DNA from: Myxococcota bacterium
GTDB taxonomy: Bacteria > Myxococcota_A > Polyangia > Polyangiales > Sandaracinaceae
Direction: 5' to 3'
DNA: 64,000 nt
NCBI GenBank assembly: GCA_036149055.1
Contig: JAYZQJ010000069.1
Span: 96,001-160,000, forward strand
Numbering within the stretch: position 1 is the first letter of the stretch; each line of letters opens with the position of its first letter. Below are positions 31,516-43,781 of this stretch, piece after piece. A model generated the notes under the pieces. That model ran no database searches, was not told the origin of the DNA, and saw only the letters and a program-made list of their open reading frames with translations. A program made the position numbers and the translations under genes.

Positions 31516-32459
31516 GCCTTCTCCTTCAGCAGCGGGTGCGCCCGCTCGCCCGCCTCGGTCGGCGCGGTCGTCCGGATGCGATGGGCCAGCTCGATCGACG
31601 GCCGCGCGTCCTCGATGGAGTAACCGCCCCCGGCGAGCACGTCCTCGTACACGCGGGTGTGCAGGTCGGTGAACCCGGTCGAGAACTCGATCTCCTCGCC
31701 GTCCATCGTGATCGAGCGGAACGCCGGCTGCCCCGCCCGCAGGCTCGCCTCCGGCAGGTCCTCGTAGCGGGTCGAGAGCAGCCACCGCACGTTGGCGCGC
31801 TCGAGCCCGAGGAAGCCGCTCCAGCGATCCGGCTCGGCCAGGTGCACCTCGTTCTCCCGCGCCGGGCCGAAGAGCCACTGGAGCAGATCGAAGAAGTGGA
31901 TGCCGATGTTGGTCGGCAGCCCGCCGGACTTCGCCTCGTCGCCCTTCCAGCTCACGCCGTACCAGGCCCCGCGGCGCGTCATGTAGCTGAGCACCACCTC
32001 GGCCGGCTCCTTCAGGGCGAGCGTCTTCTCGCGGAGCGCGATCAGGCTCGGCAGCAGCCGCAGCTGGAGCACCGTGTAGACCCGGCCCTCGGACTCCGCC
32101 TCGAGCTCGGCGAGCTGATCGAGGTTCCACGGGTTGATGACCAGCGGCTTCTCGCAGATCGCGTCGGCGCCCAGCCTCAGCGCGAGCCGCACGTGCGCGT
32201 CGTGCAGGTAGTTGGGCGAGCAGATCGAGAGGTAGTGCAGCCGCTCCTCCTCCGTCCGGCGGCGGAGCTTCTCGAGGTGTCGATCGAAGCGCTCGTACTC
32301 GGTGAAGAACTTCGCGTCCCGGAACCACTGGTCGAGCACCCCGACCGAGTCGTGGGGATCGCACGCCGCCACCAGCCGGCTGCCGGTGTCGTGAATGGCC
32401 TTGAGGTGCCGAGGGGCCACGAAGCCCGCGACGCCGAGGAGCGCGAAGTTCCGGATCAC
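31512..32459 (-). CDS. wbpB: UDP-GlcNAcA 3-dehydrogenase (WbpB/WlbA, Gfo/Idh/MocA family)
   Basis: [57 protein letters not shown]. Confidence 0.9.
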   Translation of the reverse strand: MIRNFALLGVAGFVAPRHLKAIHDTGSRLVAACDPHDSVGVLDQWFRDAKFFTEYERFDRHLEKLRRRTEEERLHYLSICSPNYLHDAHVRLALRLGADAICEKPLVINPWNLDQLAELEAESEGRVYTVLQLRLLPSLIALREKTLALKEPAEVVLSYMTRRGAWYGVSWKGDEAKSGGLPTNIGIHFFDLLQWLFGPARENEVHLAEPDRWSGFLGLERANVRWLLSTRYEDLPEASLRAGQPAFRSITMDGEEIEFSTGFTDLHTRVYEDVLAGGGYSIEDARPSIELAHRIRTTAPTEAGERAHPLLKEKA

Positions 32460-32486
32460 CAGGGCCGCTTATCGCGGATGACCGGC

Positions 32487-33377
32487 CTAGCCAAGGGCCG
32501 AGACCGTCGCGTGGGGCGCGAGGATCGCGTCGACCGCGTCGTGCTCGACCACCGTGCCCGGCCACACCACGCAGCGCTTCAGCCGCACGTCGTCGGGCAC
32601 GAGCGCGCCCTTCCCCAGCACCACGTCGCCGTCTCCCTCGAAGTCGGCGGTCGGCCAGCGCAGGGCGCCGTCGAGCAGATCGAGGTGGGCGCGCAGGTAC
32701 TCGGCGGGGGTGCCGAGGTCCCGCCAGTCGCCGAGATCCACGAAGCCGCCGACCACCGTCTCCGGGTCGTCCACCCACCGGCGGTACGCGGTCCGGATCA
32801 CGCAGCCCTGCTCGGGCAGCTCCCGGAGCGCCCGGGGGCTCAGGACGTGCACGCCGGTGAACATGTGCTCGGTCAGGGGCACGTCGACCGCCTCGGGCCG
32901 GCCGAGCATGCGCCGCACCCGCTGGTCGGCGTCCACCTCGAGCGCGCCCAGCTTCGCGGCCCGCGGATCCGGCCGCAGCACCGTGGTGGCCATGGCGCCC
33001 AGCCGCTCGTGGAGGATCAGCGCCTCCTCGAAGTCCGGCCAGAAGAAGATGTCGCCGTTCATCACCAGGATCGGCTCGTCGGTCGGCCCGAGCGCGGAGA
33101 GCGCGTTCCGGAGCCCGCCGCCGGTCCCGAGCAGCTCCGGCTCGTGCACGTAGACCACCTCCAGGCCCTCGGGCACGAACGGCTCGAGCTGCCGCGGGAC
33201 CTCGTCGGCCAGGTGGTGGGTGTTCACCGCGCAGCGCGTCACCCCCGCCGCCGCCAGGCGCTCGAGCGCGAAGCTCGCGAGCGGCCGGTTCATCAGGGGG
33301 ACCACCGGCTTGGGCAGCTTCTCGGTGAGCGGCAGCAGCCGCGTCCCGAGCCCGGCGGCGAACACCATGCCGTGCAT
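32487..33377 (-). CDS. Sugar-phosphate nucleotidyltransferase
   Basis: [41 protein letters not shown]. Confidence 0.9.
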   Translation of the reverse strand: MHGMVFAAGLGTRLLPLTEKLPKPVVPLMNRPLASFALERLAAAGVTRCAVNTHHLADEVPRQLEPFVPEGLEVVYVHEPELLGTGGGLRNALSALGPTDEPILVMNGDIFFWPDFEEALILHERLGAMATTVLRPDPRAAKLGALEVDADQRVRRMLGRPEAVDVPLTEHMFTGVHVLSPRALRELPEQGCVIRTAYRRWVDDPETVVGGFVDLGDWRDLGTPAEYLRAHLDLLDGALRWPTADFEGDGDVVLGKGALVPDDVRLKRCVVWPGTVVEHDAVDAILAPHATVSALG

Positions 33378-33435
33378 GGCCGGAGTGTGGGGAGAACCCT
33401 GGGCAGGGCCAAGAAAGCGAGTACGGTTCGACGAG

Positions 33436-34332
33436 ATGGAGGACCTGCTCCAGGGCGTCGAGGTCGACGGCGAGGCGCCGCGGCTCGAGGGCGAGCGGCT
33501 CGTCACCCGCCGCGGCCCGGTCGGCACCCGGAGCGCGCGCCGCCTCGTCTACGAGCGGCCCGCCGACCCGGAGCTCGCGGCGCGGGTCGAGGTCGAGCGC
33601 CGGCTCTTCGATCTCCGCTCGGCCGTGCTCGAGGCTCGGGTCGTCCAGCGGCCCGCCGCGAGCTCCCCGATGGCCTGGCTCGACCTCCGCCTCCGGGACA
33701 ACCCGCGGCTCGCGCACGTCGCCGGCCGCCTCCCCGACCTGGCCGGCGCCCGGGTGCTCGAGCTCGGGGGATCGGGCGAGGTCACCCGGGCGCTCCTCCT
33801 GGCCGGCGCGTCGCGGGTGGACCAGCTCGACGTCAGCCCGGGCATGCTGCGCCTCGCGCGGGCCCGCCTGACCCCGGAGGAGCGCGAGCGCGTCGTCCAG
33901 CACGTGACCTTCGCCGAGCGGCTGCCCTTCGCCGCGCGCACCTTCGACCTCGTCTACACCCGCCACTGCCTCCACCACATGGACCGGGCCCGCGTGATCC
34001 CGGAGGCGGCGCGGGTGCTCCGCCCAGGCGGCGCGATGGTGGTGATCGAGCCCTACCTGCCGCCCGCCATCAAGCTGGCTGCCCGGGTCCGCCGTCGCCT
34101 CGTCCGAGCGGAGCGGGGCACCGACGACCCGCTGGGGCCGGACGACCTCGCGCTCCTCCGCGCGCGCTTCGCGGACGTCGCCGAGGGCGGCGAGCCGAGC
34201 GTCGCGACCCTGCTCCGGGCCCTCCCCCGCCGCCTCCGCGCGGGCGCGCAGCGCGCCGATCGACACCTCCCCGGCGCGGCCGCCCGCTGGGTCGGAGGCC
34301 GCGTCTTCGTGATCGCGCGTCGCCCCCGGTGA
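33436..34332 (+). CDS. Class I SAM-dependent methyltransferase; start uncertain
   Basis: [22 protein letters not shown]...FDLVY, LHH, RVLRPGG. Confidence 0.8.
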   Translation: MEDLLQGVEVDGEAPRLEGERLVTRRGPVGTRSARRLVYERPADPELAARVEVERRLFDLRSAVLEARVVQRPAASSPMAWLDLRLRDNPRLAHVAGRLPDLAGARVLELGGSGEVTRALLLAGASRVDQLDVSPGMLRLARARLTPEERERVVQHVTFAERLPFAARTFDLVYTRHCLHHMDRARVIPEAARVLRPGGAMVVIEPYLPPAIKLAARVRRRLVRAERGTDDPLGPDDLALLRARFADVAEGGEPSVATLLRALPRRLRAGAQRADRHLPGAAARWVGGRVFVIARRPR

Positions 34333-34389
34333 GCCCCCGGTGAGCTTCGGCGTGCTGTGGCGTCCTGGATGAGGTAGAAGCGCACGCCC

Positions 34390-35343
34390 ATGACCTCCCG
34401 TCGATGCCTGGTGACCGGAGGGGCTGGCTTCGTCGGCTCCCACCTCGTGGACCGCCTCCTCGCGGACGGCCACCGCGTGGTCGCGCTCGACAACTTCGTC
34501 ACGGGGTTCCGTCGCAACATCGGGCACTTGAAGGACGAGTCGAGGTTCGATCTCGTCGAGCACGACGTCACCAAGCCGTTCCCCAAGGGCTTCGGGGGCT
34601 TCGACTGGATCTTCAACCTCGCCTGCCCGGCGAGCCCGCCCGCCTACCAGCGCGACCCGGTCTTCACCACCCTCACCTGCTTTCATGGCGCCCTCTTCTG
34701 CCTGGAGCTGGCCGAGCGGGACGGCGCGCGCATGCTCCAGGCGAGCACCAGCGAGGTCTACGGCGACCCCCGGGTGCACCCGCAGCCCGAGACCTACCGC
34801 GGGTTCGTCAACTGCGTCGGCCCGCGCGCCTGCTACGACGAGGGCAAGCGGGTCGCCGAGACGCTCTGCGCGGAGTTCCGGCAGCGCCGCGGCGTCGACG
34901 CCCGGATCGCGCGCATCTTCAACACCTACGGCCCCCGGATGGATCCGGGCGACGGCCGGGTGGTCAGCAACTTCATCGTCCAGGCGCTCCAGGGCCTGCC
35001 GCTCACCGTCTACGGCGACGGCAAGCAGACGCGGAGCTTCTGCTACGTCAGCGACCTCGTGGACGGCCTGATCCGGCTCATGAGCCACGAGGACGAGCAC
35101 GGCCCGGTCAACCTCGGCAACGACGGCGAGTACACGATGCTCGAGCTCGCCGAGCTCATCACCGAGGCCACCGGGAGCGCGGCCGAGCTGGTGTTCAAGG
35201 AGCTGCCGGCCGACGATCCGACCCGCCGCCGCCCCGACCTCACCCTCGCCCGGGACCGCCTCGCGTACGAGCCGCAGGTCCCCCTCGCCGACGGCCTCGC
35301 CCAGACCGTCGCGCACTTTCGCACGATCGTGGACGTGGGGTGA
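34390..35343 (+). CDS. uxs: UDP-glucuronate decarboxylase (UDP-xylose synthase)
   Basis: [58 protein letters not shown]. Confidence 0.93.
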   Translation: MTSRRCLVTGGAGFVGSHLVDRLLADGHRVVALDNFVTGFRRNIGHLKDESRFDLVEHDVTKPFPKGFGGFDWIFNLACPASPPAYQRDPVFTTLTCFHGALFCLELAERDGARMLQASTSEVYGDPRVHPQPETYRGFVNCVGPRACYDEGKRVAETLCAEFRQRRGVDARIARIFNTYGPRMDPGDGRVVSNFIVQALQGLPLTVYGDGKQTRSFCYVSDLVDGLIRLMSHEDEHGPVNLGNDGEYTMLELAELITEATGSAAELVFKELPADDPTRRRPDLTLARDRLAYEPQVPLADGLAQTVAHFRTIVDVG

Positions 35344-35422
35344 TGCGCGCCCGCCCGAACCGGGGACGGTTGTGCGGCAACCCACGTGCCTATAGGAAAG
35401 CGTCGACCCAGGAGGAGAACCG

Positions 35423-36733
<1,311 letters not shown>

Positions 36734-36823
36734 TCGGGACGCCGACCATGCGAGTCGGCGCGGGACGCGCTATGTGGGTGCGCTGAACGCGGCGTCCAGG
36801 CCGCGACACACACCACACTCGCG

Positions 36824-37717
36824 ATGAGCGCTTCCCGCGTAGACGTCATGGTGCCGTGCTACGACGCCGCCGACACCGTGCGGTTGGCGTTGGCGTCGCT
36901 GCACGCGCAGTCGTTCGAGGACTGGCGGTGCCTGCTGGTCGACGACGGCTCGACCGACGAGACCCACGCGCTGCTGACGCGCGCCGCCGCCGCGGACCCG
37001 CGCTTCGAGGTGCATCGCTTCGAGCGCAACCGGGGCCGCGGCGCGGCGAGGCAGTTCTTGCTCGAGAGGGTCACGGCCCCGCTCGTGGCGTTCCTCGACG
37101 CCGACGACTGGATGTACCCGGATCGGCTGACCGACCAGGTCGCGTGGCTGCAGCTCGAGCCGTCCCTCGCCGCGGTGGGCTCGCCCATGGCGATCTTCGA
37201 CGACGCGCTCGAGATGGTCGGCGAGGCCCGCCCCCGCGTGGCGAGCCCGCTGCCCGCCATCCTCGAGTTCCCTCGGCCCGAGCCGCCCCGGTTCTTCTTC
37301 CCGGCGAGCATGCTCCGCTCGGACATCGTGAAGCAGGCCGGCTTCGACGAGCGGCTCCGCCGCTCGCAGGACTCGGACATGCTGATCCGGGCCCTCCTCG
37401 GGCGCCGCTACGCGCTGACCGCGCGGCCGCTCTACGCCTATCGACGCGCCGCGATGACGCTCGACAAGACGCTCGAGGGCTACCGGTACCGGATGATGGC
37501 GCATCGCAAGCACCTGCGGCGCCACCCGCTCCACGTGGGTCGGACCCTCGCGCAGACCTACGCCAAGGGCGCCGTGCTCCGGGCGATGGCGGCCGTCGGC
37601 GCCGACGAGGCGGTGTTCGACGCCCGCTACGCCGCGCCGTCGAGCGAGGCCGAGGCCGCCTACGGCGCGGCGCGTGAGACGGTCACGCGAGCGCAGGAGC
37701 GGCTGTGGCGGGGATGA
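36824..37717 (+). CDS. GT2 glycosyltransferase
   Basis: VDDGSTD, NRGRGAAR, FLDADD, SQD. Confidence 0.9.
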   Translation: MSASRVDVMVPCYDAADTVRLALASLHAQSFEDWRCLLVDDGSTDETHALLTRAAAADPRFEVHRFERNRGRGAARQFLLERVTAPLVAFLDADDWMYPDRLTDQVAWLQLEPSLAAVGSPMAIFDDALEMVGEARPRVASPLPAILEFPRPEPPRFFFPASMLRSDIVKQAGFDERLRRSQDSDMLIRALLGRRYALTARPLYAYRRAAMTLDKTLEGYRYRMMAHRKHLRRHPLHVGRTLAQTYAKGAVLRAMAAVGADEAVFDARYAAPSSEAEAAYGAARETVTRAQERLWRG

Positions 37718-38970
37718 CTCCGCTCGCGCGGGGCGCCGCTCGTGGTCCCGCTCGGAGTCCCGCGGTCCCCCGCTCGGAGGCGTCGGCGACCTCGGCCGGG
37801 CCGAACCGGCTCGTGCTCCTGTGCTGGTCCGCGATCCTGCTCGGCGTCCCGATCTACGTCTTCCAGTCGGGCCTCCCCCAGCCGGCCGACATGGCGCTCG
37901 CCGTGTTCTGCAGCCTCACCGCCGCCGCCGGCTTCTCGCGGCTCAACGACGCGGCGCGCGCGAGCACGTCGAGGCTGGCGTCCTACCTGGGCTGGGTCGC
38001 CTGCGTGAACGCGCTCTGGTTCCTGGTCGAGTCGTTCAACACCGGATTCCTGCTCTCCACCACGTTCGCCGCGTTCAACACGGTCGTCTTCGTGGGGTTC
38101 CTGAGCTTCGCCGAGCGCTCCCCGGAGACGGTGCTGCGCTGGACCGGCACCGTCACGGCGCTCAGCCTCGTCGGCCAGGGAGCGCTCGCCGTGCTCCGCC
38201 CCGACCTGAACAACGGCGCGCGCCTCACGCTCTACTTCAACAACCCGAACCAGCTCGCCTACTACTGCCTGGGCGCGAGCACCGTCGTGCTCGTCATCAA
38301 CGCCGCCCTGTCCAAGAAGCTCCCCCGGATGCTGGTGGTGGCGTCGTCGCTCGCCTCGGGGTTCGTGATCTACTCCACGTACTCTCGCTCCGCGCTCGGC
38401 GGCTTCGCCATGCTGTGCATGGTGCCCTTCGTGCGGCGCCCGGCGCTCGTCATCGCGGCCGCCATCCCGCTCGCCATCGCGGGCGCGATGGCCGACAACC
38501 CCATCGCCGAAGACCCTCTCTGGCAGCGCCGCGTCGAGCAGGCGGAGGCGCAGCAGCTCAGCGATTACATCGAGGACCGCGGCATCGACCGCATCGTCTC
38601 GAACCCCGAGTACCTGATGCTCGGATCCGGCGAAGGCGCGCACGAGCGGTTCCACCCCTTCGGCCTGGAGCTCCACTCGAGCTTCGCGGGCGTCCTGTTC
38701 TACTACGGCCTGGTCGGGCTCGCGCTCTTCGCCTGGTTCGTGTTCTCCCTCGTGCGCCGTCTCCCGATCACCTACCTCGCGTACCTCGCCCCGACGGCGA
38801 TCTACAGCCTCTTTCACAACGGGCTCCGGTTCCGTGTCTTCTGGCTGCTGCTGGCCGTGGTGGCGGTCGTGCATGGGATGGAGCGAGCGAGCCGGGAGGC
38901 GTCGGCGCCGACCCCCGCCCCGAAGCCCCGCCGGCGGCGCGACCGGCCCGCCCCGCAACCTGCGAGTTGA
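37714..38970 (+). CDS. O-antigen polymerase/ligase-like (Wzy_C) membrane protein
   Basis: About 10 TM segments; FNNPNQLA, SRSA, GSG..HSS..YYGLVG. Confidence 0.75.
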   Translation: MTPLARGAARGPARSPAVPRSEASATSAGPNRLVLLCWSAILLGVPIYVFQSGLPQPADMALAVFCSLTAAAGFSRLNDAARASTSRLASYLGWVACVNALWFLVESFNTGFLLSTTFAAFNTVVFVGFLSFAERSPETVLRWTGTVTALSLVGQGALAVLRPDLNNGARLTLYFNNPNQLAYYCLGASTVVLVINAALSKKLPRMLVVASSLASGFVIYSTYSRSALGGFAMLCMVPFVRRPALVIAAAIPLAIAGAMADNPIAEDPLWQRRVEQAEAQQLSDYIEDRGIDRIVSNPEYLMLGSGEGAHERFHPFGLELHSSFAGVLFYYGLVGLALFAWFVFSLVRRLPITYLAYLAPTAIYSLFHNGLRFRVFWLLLAVVAVVHGMERASREASAPTPAPKPRRRRDRPAPQPAS

Positions 38971-38973
38971 GCC

Positions 38974-40839
38974 ATGTGCGGTGTGTTCGGAGTGAGGTAC
39001 TGGGACGGCCGTCCCATCGACGCAGGCGCGGTGAATCGAGCCCGCGACACCATGGTGCGACGCGGCCCCGACGACGCGCACACGCTCACCGCGCCGGGGC
39101 TCGCCCTCTCCCACCGGCGCCTCGCCATCCTCGACCTCTCGCCGGCCGGGCGCATGCCGATGTCCGACGAGCGCGAGCGGGTCTGGGCCGTCTTCAACGG
39201 GGAGATCTACAACCACCGCGCGCTGCGCGCGCAGCTCGAGTCCCGGGGCCATCGCTTCCGCAGCCAGACCGACAGCGAGGTCCTGGTCCACGGCTACCTC
39301 GAGTGGGGTGAGGATCTCTTCCGGCGTCTGGAGGGCATGTTCGCCGTCGGTCTCTGGGACACGGCGGACCGCAGGCTGCTGCTGGCGCGAGATCACGCCG
39401 GAGAGAAGCCGCTCTACTTCGCCCCGCTCGGCGACGACGGCGTGGCCTTCGCGTCCACGATCGACGCCCTCGCGACGTGGCGCGGCGGCGGCGCGCTCTC
39501 GCCTCGTGAGGTCGCCGGCTACCTCTCGTTCGGCTTCGCTCGCGGCACCCGCACGGTGCTGCGCGACGTGCACAAGGTGGAGCCCGGCACGTTCCTCGCG
39601 TTCGACGCCGCGGGCGCGCGCCGGGTAGAGCGCTTCTGGAGCCTGCCGGCCGAGCACGCCCACGCGCCCGCGCGCCGCGCGACCGCGGAGGACCTGCACG
39701 ACGTCCTCCTCGACGCCGTGCAGGACCGCATGGAGGCGGACGTGCCGCTCGGCGCCTTCCTCTCGGGGGGCGTCGACTCGAGCCTGGTGTGCGCCCTCAT
39801 GGCGCGGGCTCGCCGGGACGGCGTGCGCACCTTCACCGTCGGCTTCGACGAGCCCGCCTTCGACGAGAGCCCGCACGCGCAGGCCGTCGCGGCTCATCTC
39901 GGCATCGAGAACGTCACCCGCATCATCTCGGAGCGAGACGTCGTGGAGGAGATCGACGCCGCGGTGACCGCGCTCGACGAGCCGATGGCGGACTACTCCA
40001 TCCTGCCGACGCTGGCGGTCGCACGCCTCGCGCGCGAGGAGCTCACGGTCGCGCTCACCGGCGACGGCGCCGACGAGCTGTTCGGCGGCTATCGCTACTA
40101 CAGCGCCCTCGCCGCCTTCGAGCTCTGGGCGCGGGCCCCTCGGCGCCTGCGACGCGCGCTCTCCCGCCTGCACCCGGTGCTGCCCGAGCCTCGCCTCCGC
40201 CGGATCCTGGCCCGGACCAGCGCCTCGACGGCCGGAGAGTTTTTCGGGTCGAGCGGCTTCTACCGCGGGGCGGTGCTCCAGCGCAGCTTCGGCCTGCTCC
40301 TGCCGGAGTCGACGCCGAACCCGGCGGAGATCGTGGCCGCGGAGGTCGCGTCCCTCGAGAGCCGGACCGGCGTGGAGGGCGGCATGCTCTGGGACGCCAC
40401 CAACACGCTCCCCGAGGCCTGGCTCTGCAAGGTGGACCGCGCCTCGATGAACGTGAGCCTGGAGACCCGCGCGCCCTTCCTCGCGCCCGCCGTCCAGCGC
40501 CTCGCGGTCGGCCTCCCGCTCGACGACAAGGTGCGCATCCGCGAGCGCAAGGTGGCGCTGCGTCGCGTGCTCAGGCGCTACCTCCCCGAGCACCTCGTCG
40601 AGCGACCGAAGCAGGGCTTCACGCCCCCGATGGGCCGGTGGATGCGGACCGTGCTGCGGGAGGAGCTCCGCGCGCTCGCGTCGGGCTCGCGACTGGCGGA
40701 GGCGGGGCTCGTCCGGCGCGCCGGCCTCGAGCAGGCGGTGAGCGAGCACGTGGAGGGTCGCTTCGACCACGCGCAGGCGCTGTGGGCCGTGCTCCTCCTC
40801 GAGCGATGGACGCGCCAGCGTGGTATCTCCGGCAGCTGA
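38974..40839 (+). CDS. asnB: Glutamine-dependent amidotransferase, AsnB family (probably polysaccharide amidation)
   Basis: MCG start, RRGPD, HRRLAILD, NGEIYN, FLSGGVDSS, GDGADELFGGY, KVDRASM, KQGF. Confidence 0.92.
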   Translation: MCGVFGVRYWDGRPIDAGAVNRARDTMVRRGPDDAHTLTAPGLALSHRRLAILDLSPAGRMPMSDERERVWAVFNGEIYNHRALRAQLESRGHRFRSQTDSEVLVHGYLEWGEDLFRRLEGMFAVGLWDTADRRLLLARDHAGEKPLYFAPLGDDGVAFASTIDALATWRGGGALSPREVAGYLSFGFARGTRTVLRDVHKVEPGTFLAFDAAGARRVERFWSLPAEHAHAPARRATAEDLHDVLLDAVQDRMEADVPLGAFLSGGVDSSLVCALMARARRDGVRTFTVGFDEPAFDESPHAQAVAAHLGIENVTRIISERDVVEEIDAAVTALDEPMADYSILPTLAVARLAREELTVALTGDGADELFGGYRYYSALAAFELWARAPRRLRRALSRLHPVLPEPRLRRILARTSASTAGEFFGSSGFYRGAVLQRSFGLLLPESTPNPAEIVAAEVASLESRTGVEGGMLWDATNTLPEAWLCKVDRASMNVSLETRAPFLAPAVQRLAVGLPLDDKVRIRERKVALRRVLRRYLPEHLVERPKQGFTPPMGRWMRTVLREELRALASGSRLAEAGLVRRAGLEQAVSEHVEGRFDHAQALWAVLLLERWTRQRGISGS

Positions 40840-40937
40840 CCAGCGCGCAGACGCCGTCCGGTCGTGGTATCAGGCGCCATGCAACGGACCGAACGTCGGC
40901 GGGTGCCCGCGCAACCCTCGTCTCGTATGGAGCGCTC

Positions 40938-41969
40938 ATGACCACCCATGATGTCGGACTCGGCGTCGACGGTTGCCTCGTCATCGCCGAGGTCGGCCAG
41001 GCGCACGACGGGAGCCTGGGCACCGCGCACGCCTTCATCGACGCCGTCGCCGACGCGGGCGCGCACGCGGTCAAGTTCCAGACGCACATCGCGGCCGCCG
41101 AGAGCACCCCGGACGAGCCGTGGCGGGTGAAGTTCAGCCCCCAGGACGCCACTCGCTACGAGTACTGGCGCCGGATGGAGTTCACCGACGCGCAGTGGGC
41201 GGGGCTCAAGACGCACGCGGACGAGCGGGGGCTCATCTTCCTGAGCTCCGCCTTCTCGTTCCAGGCCTTCGAGCTCCTCGAGAAGCTCGGCACACCCGCG
41301 TGGAAGGTCGCCTCCGGCGAGGTCAGCAACCTGCCGCTGCTCGAGCGCATGATCGCGACCCGGAAGCCGCTCCTCTGCTCGACCGGGATGAGCCCGTGGG
41401 AGGAGCTGGACCGGGTCGCGGAGCTGGCGAAGGGCGTCCCCCTCACCTTCTTCCAGTGCACCTCGGCCTATCCCTGCCCGCCCGAGCAGCTCGGGCTCAA
41501 CGTGCTCGGTGAGCTGGAGCGACGCTACGGGTGCGCGGTGGGGCTGTCCGATCACTCCGGCGCGATTCACGCCGGCCTCGGCGCGGTGGCGCTCGGGGCG
41601 GACGTGCTCGAGGTCCACGTCACGCTGAGCAAGCAGGCGTTCGGGCCCGACGTGCCCTCGAGCATCACGTTCCCCGAGCTGAAGCAGCTGGTGGACGGCG
41701 CGGCCTTCTTGTCTCGCGCCGTCCGCTCGCCCGTGAGCAAGGACGCGCAGGCGGCGGAGCTCTCCGAGATGCGGCGCTTGTTCACCAAGAGCATCGTCGC
41801 CGCCCGCCCGATCGCGCGTGGCGCGGTGTTCACGGAAGACGACCTCGACTACCGCAAGCCCGGCACGGGCGTCCCCGCGCGTCGCTATCAGGAGCTGATG
41901 GGGAGAGCCGCGCGCCGCCCCTATGACCGTGGCGAGCAGATCGCCCCCGAAGAGATGGAACCGACATGA
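40938..41969 (+). CDS. neuB: N-acylneuraminate/nonulosonate synthase
   Basis: IAEVGQAHDG, AVKFQT, KVASGE, STGM, CTSAYP, GLSDHS; C-terminal SAF/AFP-like KPGTG. Confidence 0.92.
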   Translation: MTTHDVGLGVDGCLVIAEVGQAHDGSLGTAHAFIDAVADAGAHAVKFQTHIAAAESTPDEPWRVKFSPQDATRYEYWRRMEFTDAQWAGLKTHADERGLIFLSSAFSFQAFELLEKLGTPAWKVASGEVSNLPLLERMIATRKPLLCSTGMSPWEELDRVAELAKGVPLTFFQCTSAYPCPPEQLGLNVLGELERRYGCAVGLSDHSGAIHAGLGAVALGADVLEVHVTLSKQAFGPDVPSSITFPELKQLVDGAAFLSRAVRSPVSKDAQAAELSEMRRLFTKSIVAARPIARGAVFTEDDLDYRKPGTGVPARRYQELMGRAARRPYDRGEQIAPEEMEPT

Positions 41970-43123
41970 GCCCGCGCAAAGTTGCCGCCGTGGTGACCGC
42001 GAGACCCAGCTACTCGCGCGTCAAGACCGTGCTCCGAGAGCTCGACGCCCACCCCGACACGGAGCTGCACCTGGTCGTCGCCGCCTCCGCCCTGCTCCCG
42101 CGCTACGGCGCCGTCTTCAAGAACATCGAAGAGGACGGCTTCGACATCCGTCACCGCGTGTACATGCAGCTGGAGGGCGGCTCGCCGGTGACGATGGCCA
42201 AGACCACCGCGGTCGGCATCCTCGAGCTGGCGACCATCTTCGACAACCTGCAGCCGGACGTCGTCGTCACGGTGGCCGACCGCTACGAGACCCTCGCGAC
42301 GGCCGTCGCGGCGTCCTACCAGAACATCCCGCTCGCCCACGTCCAGGGCGGCGAGATCACGGGCTCGATCGACGAGAAGGTGCGGCACGCGGTCACCAAG
42401 CTCGCCGACCTGCACCTCGTGGCCTCGGACCACGCGGCCGAGCGCGTGATCCGGATGGGCGAGGAGCCCGAGACGGTCCACATGACCGGCTGTCCGTCGG
42501 TCGACCTCGCGGCGGAGATCCTGGAGTCCCCCGGGCTCGACTTCGATCCCATCGCCAAGTACGGCGGCGTCGGCGCCGACATCGACATCAGCGACGGCTA
42601 CATCGTCGTGATGCAGCACCCGGTGACGTCCGAGCACCAGACCGCGCGGCGCCACGTCGAGGAGACGCTGGCCGCCGTAGCCCAGCTGGGCCGGCCGACG
42701 CTCTGGTTCTGGCCCAACCCGGACGCCGGGTCGGATGGCACCTCGCAGGGCCTCCGCGCGCACCGCGAGAACACCGACAACGAGAACATCCACTTCTTCA
42801 AGAACATGGCGCCGGCCGACTTCCTGCGGCTGCTCTACAACGCCTCCTGCCTCGTCGGGAACTCGAGCGTCGGCATCCGCGAGTGCGCCTTCCTCGGCGT
42901 CCCGGTGGTCAACATCGGCACGCGGCAGGCGGGCCGGGACCGCGGCCCGAACGTCGTCGACGTCCCCTACTCCAAGGACGAGATCCGCGCGGCCATCGAG
43001 CGGCAGATGACGGCGCCGCGGCCCGCCAGCGACGCCATCTACGGCTCCGGCGACGCCGGCAAGCGGATCGCGGACGTGCTCGCCACGGCCCCGCTCAGCA
43101 GCCAGAAGCGCCTCACGTACTGA
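41966..43123 (+). CDS. neuC: UDP-GlcNAc 2-epimerase (hydrolysing)
   Basis: TARPSY, DRYE, HVQGGE..GSIDEKVRHAVTKLA, QHPVT, GNSSVGIRE, GTRQ. Confidence 0.9.
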   Translation: MSPRKVAAVVTARPSYSRVKTVLRELDAHPDTELHLVVAASALLPRYGAVFKNIEEDGFDIRHRVYMQLEGGSPVTMAKTTAVGILELATIFDNLQPDVVVTVADRYETLATAVAASYQNIPLAHVQGGEITGSIDEKVRHAVTKLADLHLVASDHAAERVIRMGEEPETVHMTGCPSVDLAAEILESPGLDFDPIAKYGGVGADIDISDGYIVVMQHPVTSEHQTARRHVEETLAAVAQLGRPTLWFWPNPDAGSDGTSQGLRAHRENTDNENIHFFKNMAPADFLRLLYNASCLVGNSSVGIRECAFLGVPVVNIGTRQAGRDRGPNVVDVPYSKDEIRAAIERQMTAPRPASDAIYGSGDAGKRIADVLATAPLSSQKRLTY

Positions 43124-43130
43124 GCGGCGG

Positions 43131-43781
43131 ATGAAGCTCCCGTCGCTCAGAGACGCCGTGCTGGGGCGGATGCGCGGTCGCACCCGGATCCGGGACCGCG
43201 GCGCGCGCAACCACGTCGACGTCCACGCCACGGCGCGGCTTCGCGGCGTGACGCTCGACCTCGGCGGCGACGACATCGAGATCGTCGTGGGCGGCGCCTC
43301 CAGGCTCCGGAACGTGCGCATCGTCTGCGAGGGCGACGGCCTCCGGGTCTCGATCGGCGAGCGGGTGAAGGTCCGCGTGGGCGCCGAGCTGGTGCTGCGG
43401 GATCGGGGCTCCTCGATCGAGATCGGCGACGGCGTGAGCATCGAGTCGGCGCGCGTGGTCTCGCTCGAGGGGCGCGGGGTCTCCATCGGGGCCGGCTCCA
43501 TGTTGGCCTACGACATCGAGATCCGGAACTCCGACTCCCACTCGATCCTCGACGCGAGCACCGGAGCGCGTCTCAACCCGCCCGCGGACGTCGTGCTCGA
43601 CGAGCACGTCTGGGTCGGCGCGCGCTGCAGCGTCCTGAAGGGGACGCGCGTGGGGCGGGACAGCATCCTCGGGATGGGCTCGGTGGTCTCGGGGCAGTTC
43701 CCGGAGGGCGTCGTCGTCGCCGGCTGTCCGGCGACCGTGCGCCGCACCGGGGTGACCTGGACACAGGAACGAACGTCGTGA
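43131..43781 (+). CDS. Left-handed beta-helix (hexapeptide) O-acetyltransferase
   Basis: IRNSDSHSI, HVWVG...LKGTRVG, VAGCPA. Confidence 0.85.
   Translation: MKLPSLRDAVLGRMRGRTRIRDRGARNHVDVHATARLRGVTLDLGGDDIEIVVGGASRLRNVRIVCEGDGLRVSIGERVKVRVGAELVLRDRGSSIEIGDGVSIESARVVSLEGRGVSIGAGSMLAYDIEIRNSDSHSILDASTGARLNPPADVVLDEHVWVGARCSVLKGTRVGRDSILGMGSVVSGQFPEGVVVAGCPATVRRTGVTWTQERTS

Noticed and set aside
34322..34345. Tandem duplication GCCCCCGGTGA x2 at the methyltransferase stop
   Set aside because: An 11-bp duplication with no associated element; probably slippage.
30223..35385. 1720-aa ORF on the minus strand
   Set aside because: Only the last ~430 aa (from ATG 31515) look like protein. The rest is an Arg/Gly/Ala-rich off-frame or antisense shadow of wbpB, the nucleotidyltransferase, the methyltransferase and uxs, as expected when stops are rare at high GC.
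38974..40839. AsnB as a lasso-peptide cyclase (given the nucleotidyltransferase and sulfotransferase in the window)
   Set aside because: It has an intact N-terminal Cys glutaminase domain (MCG) and sits among glycan genes; no precursor, PqqD/RRE or B2 protease is seen.
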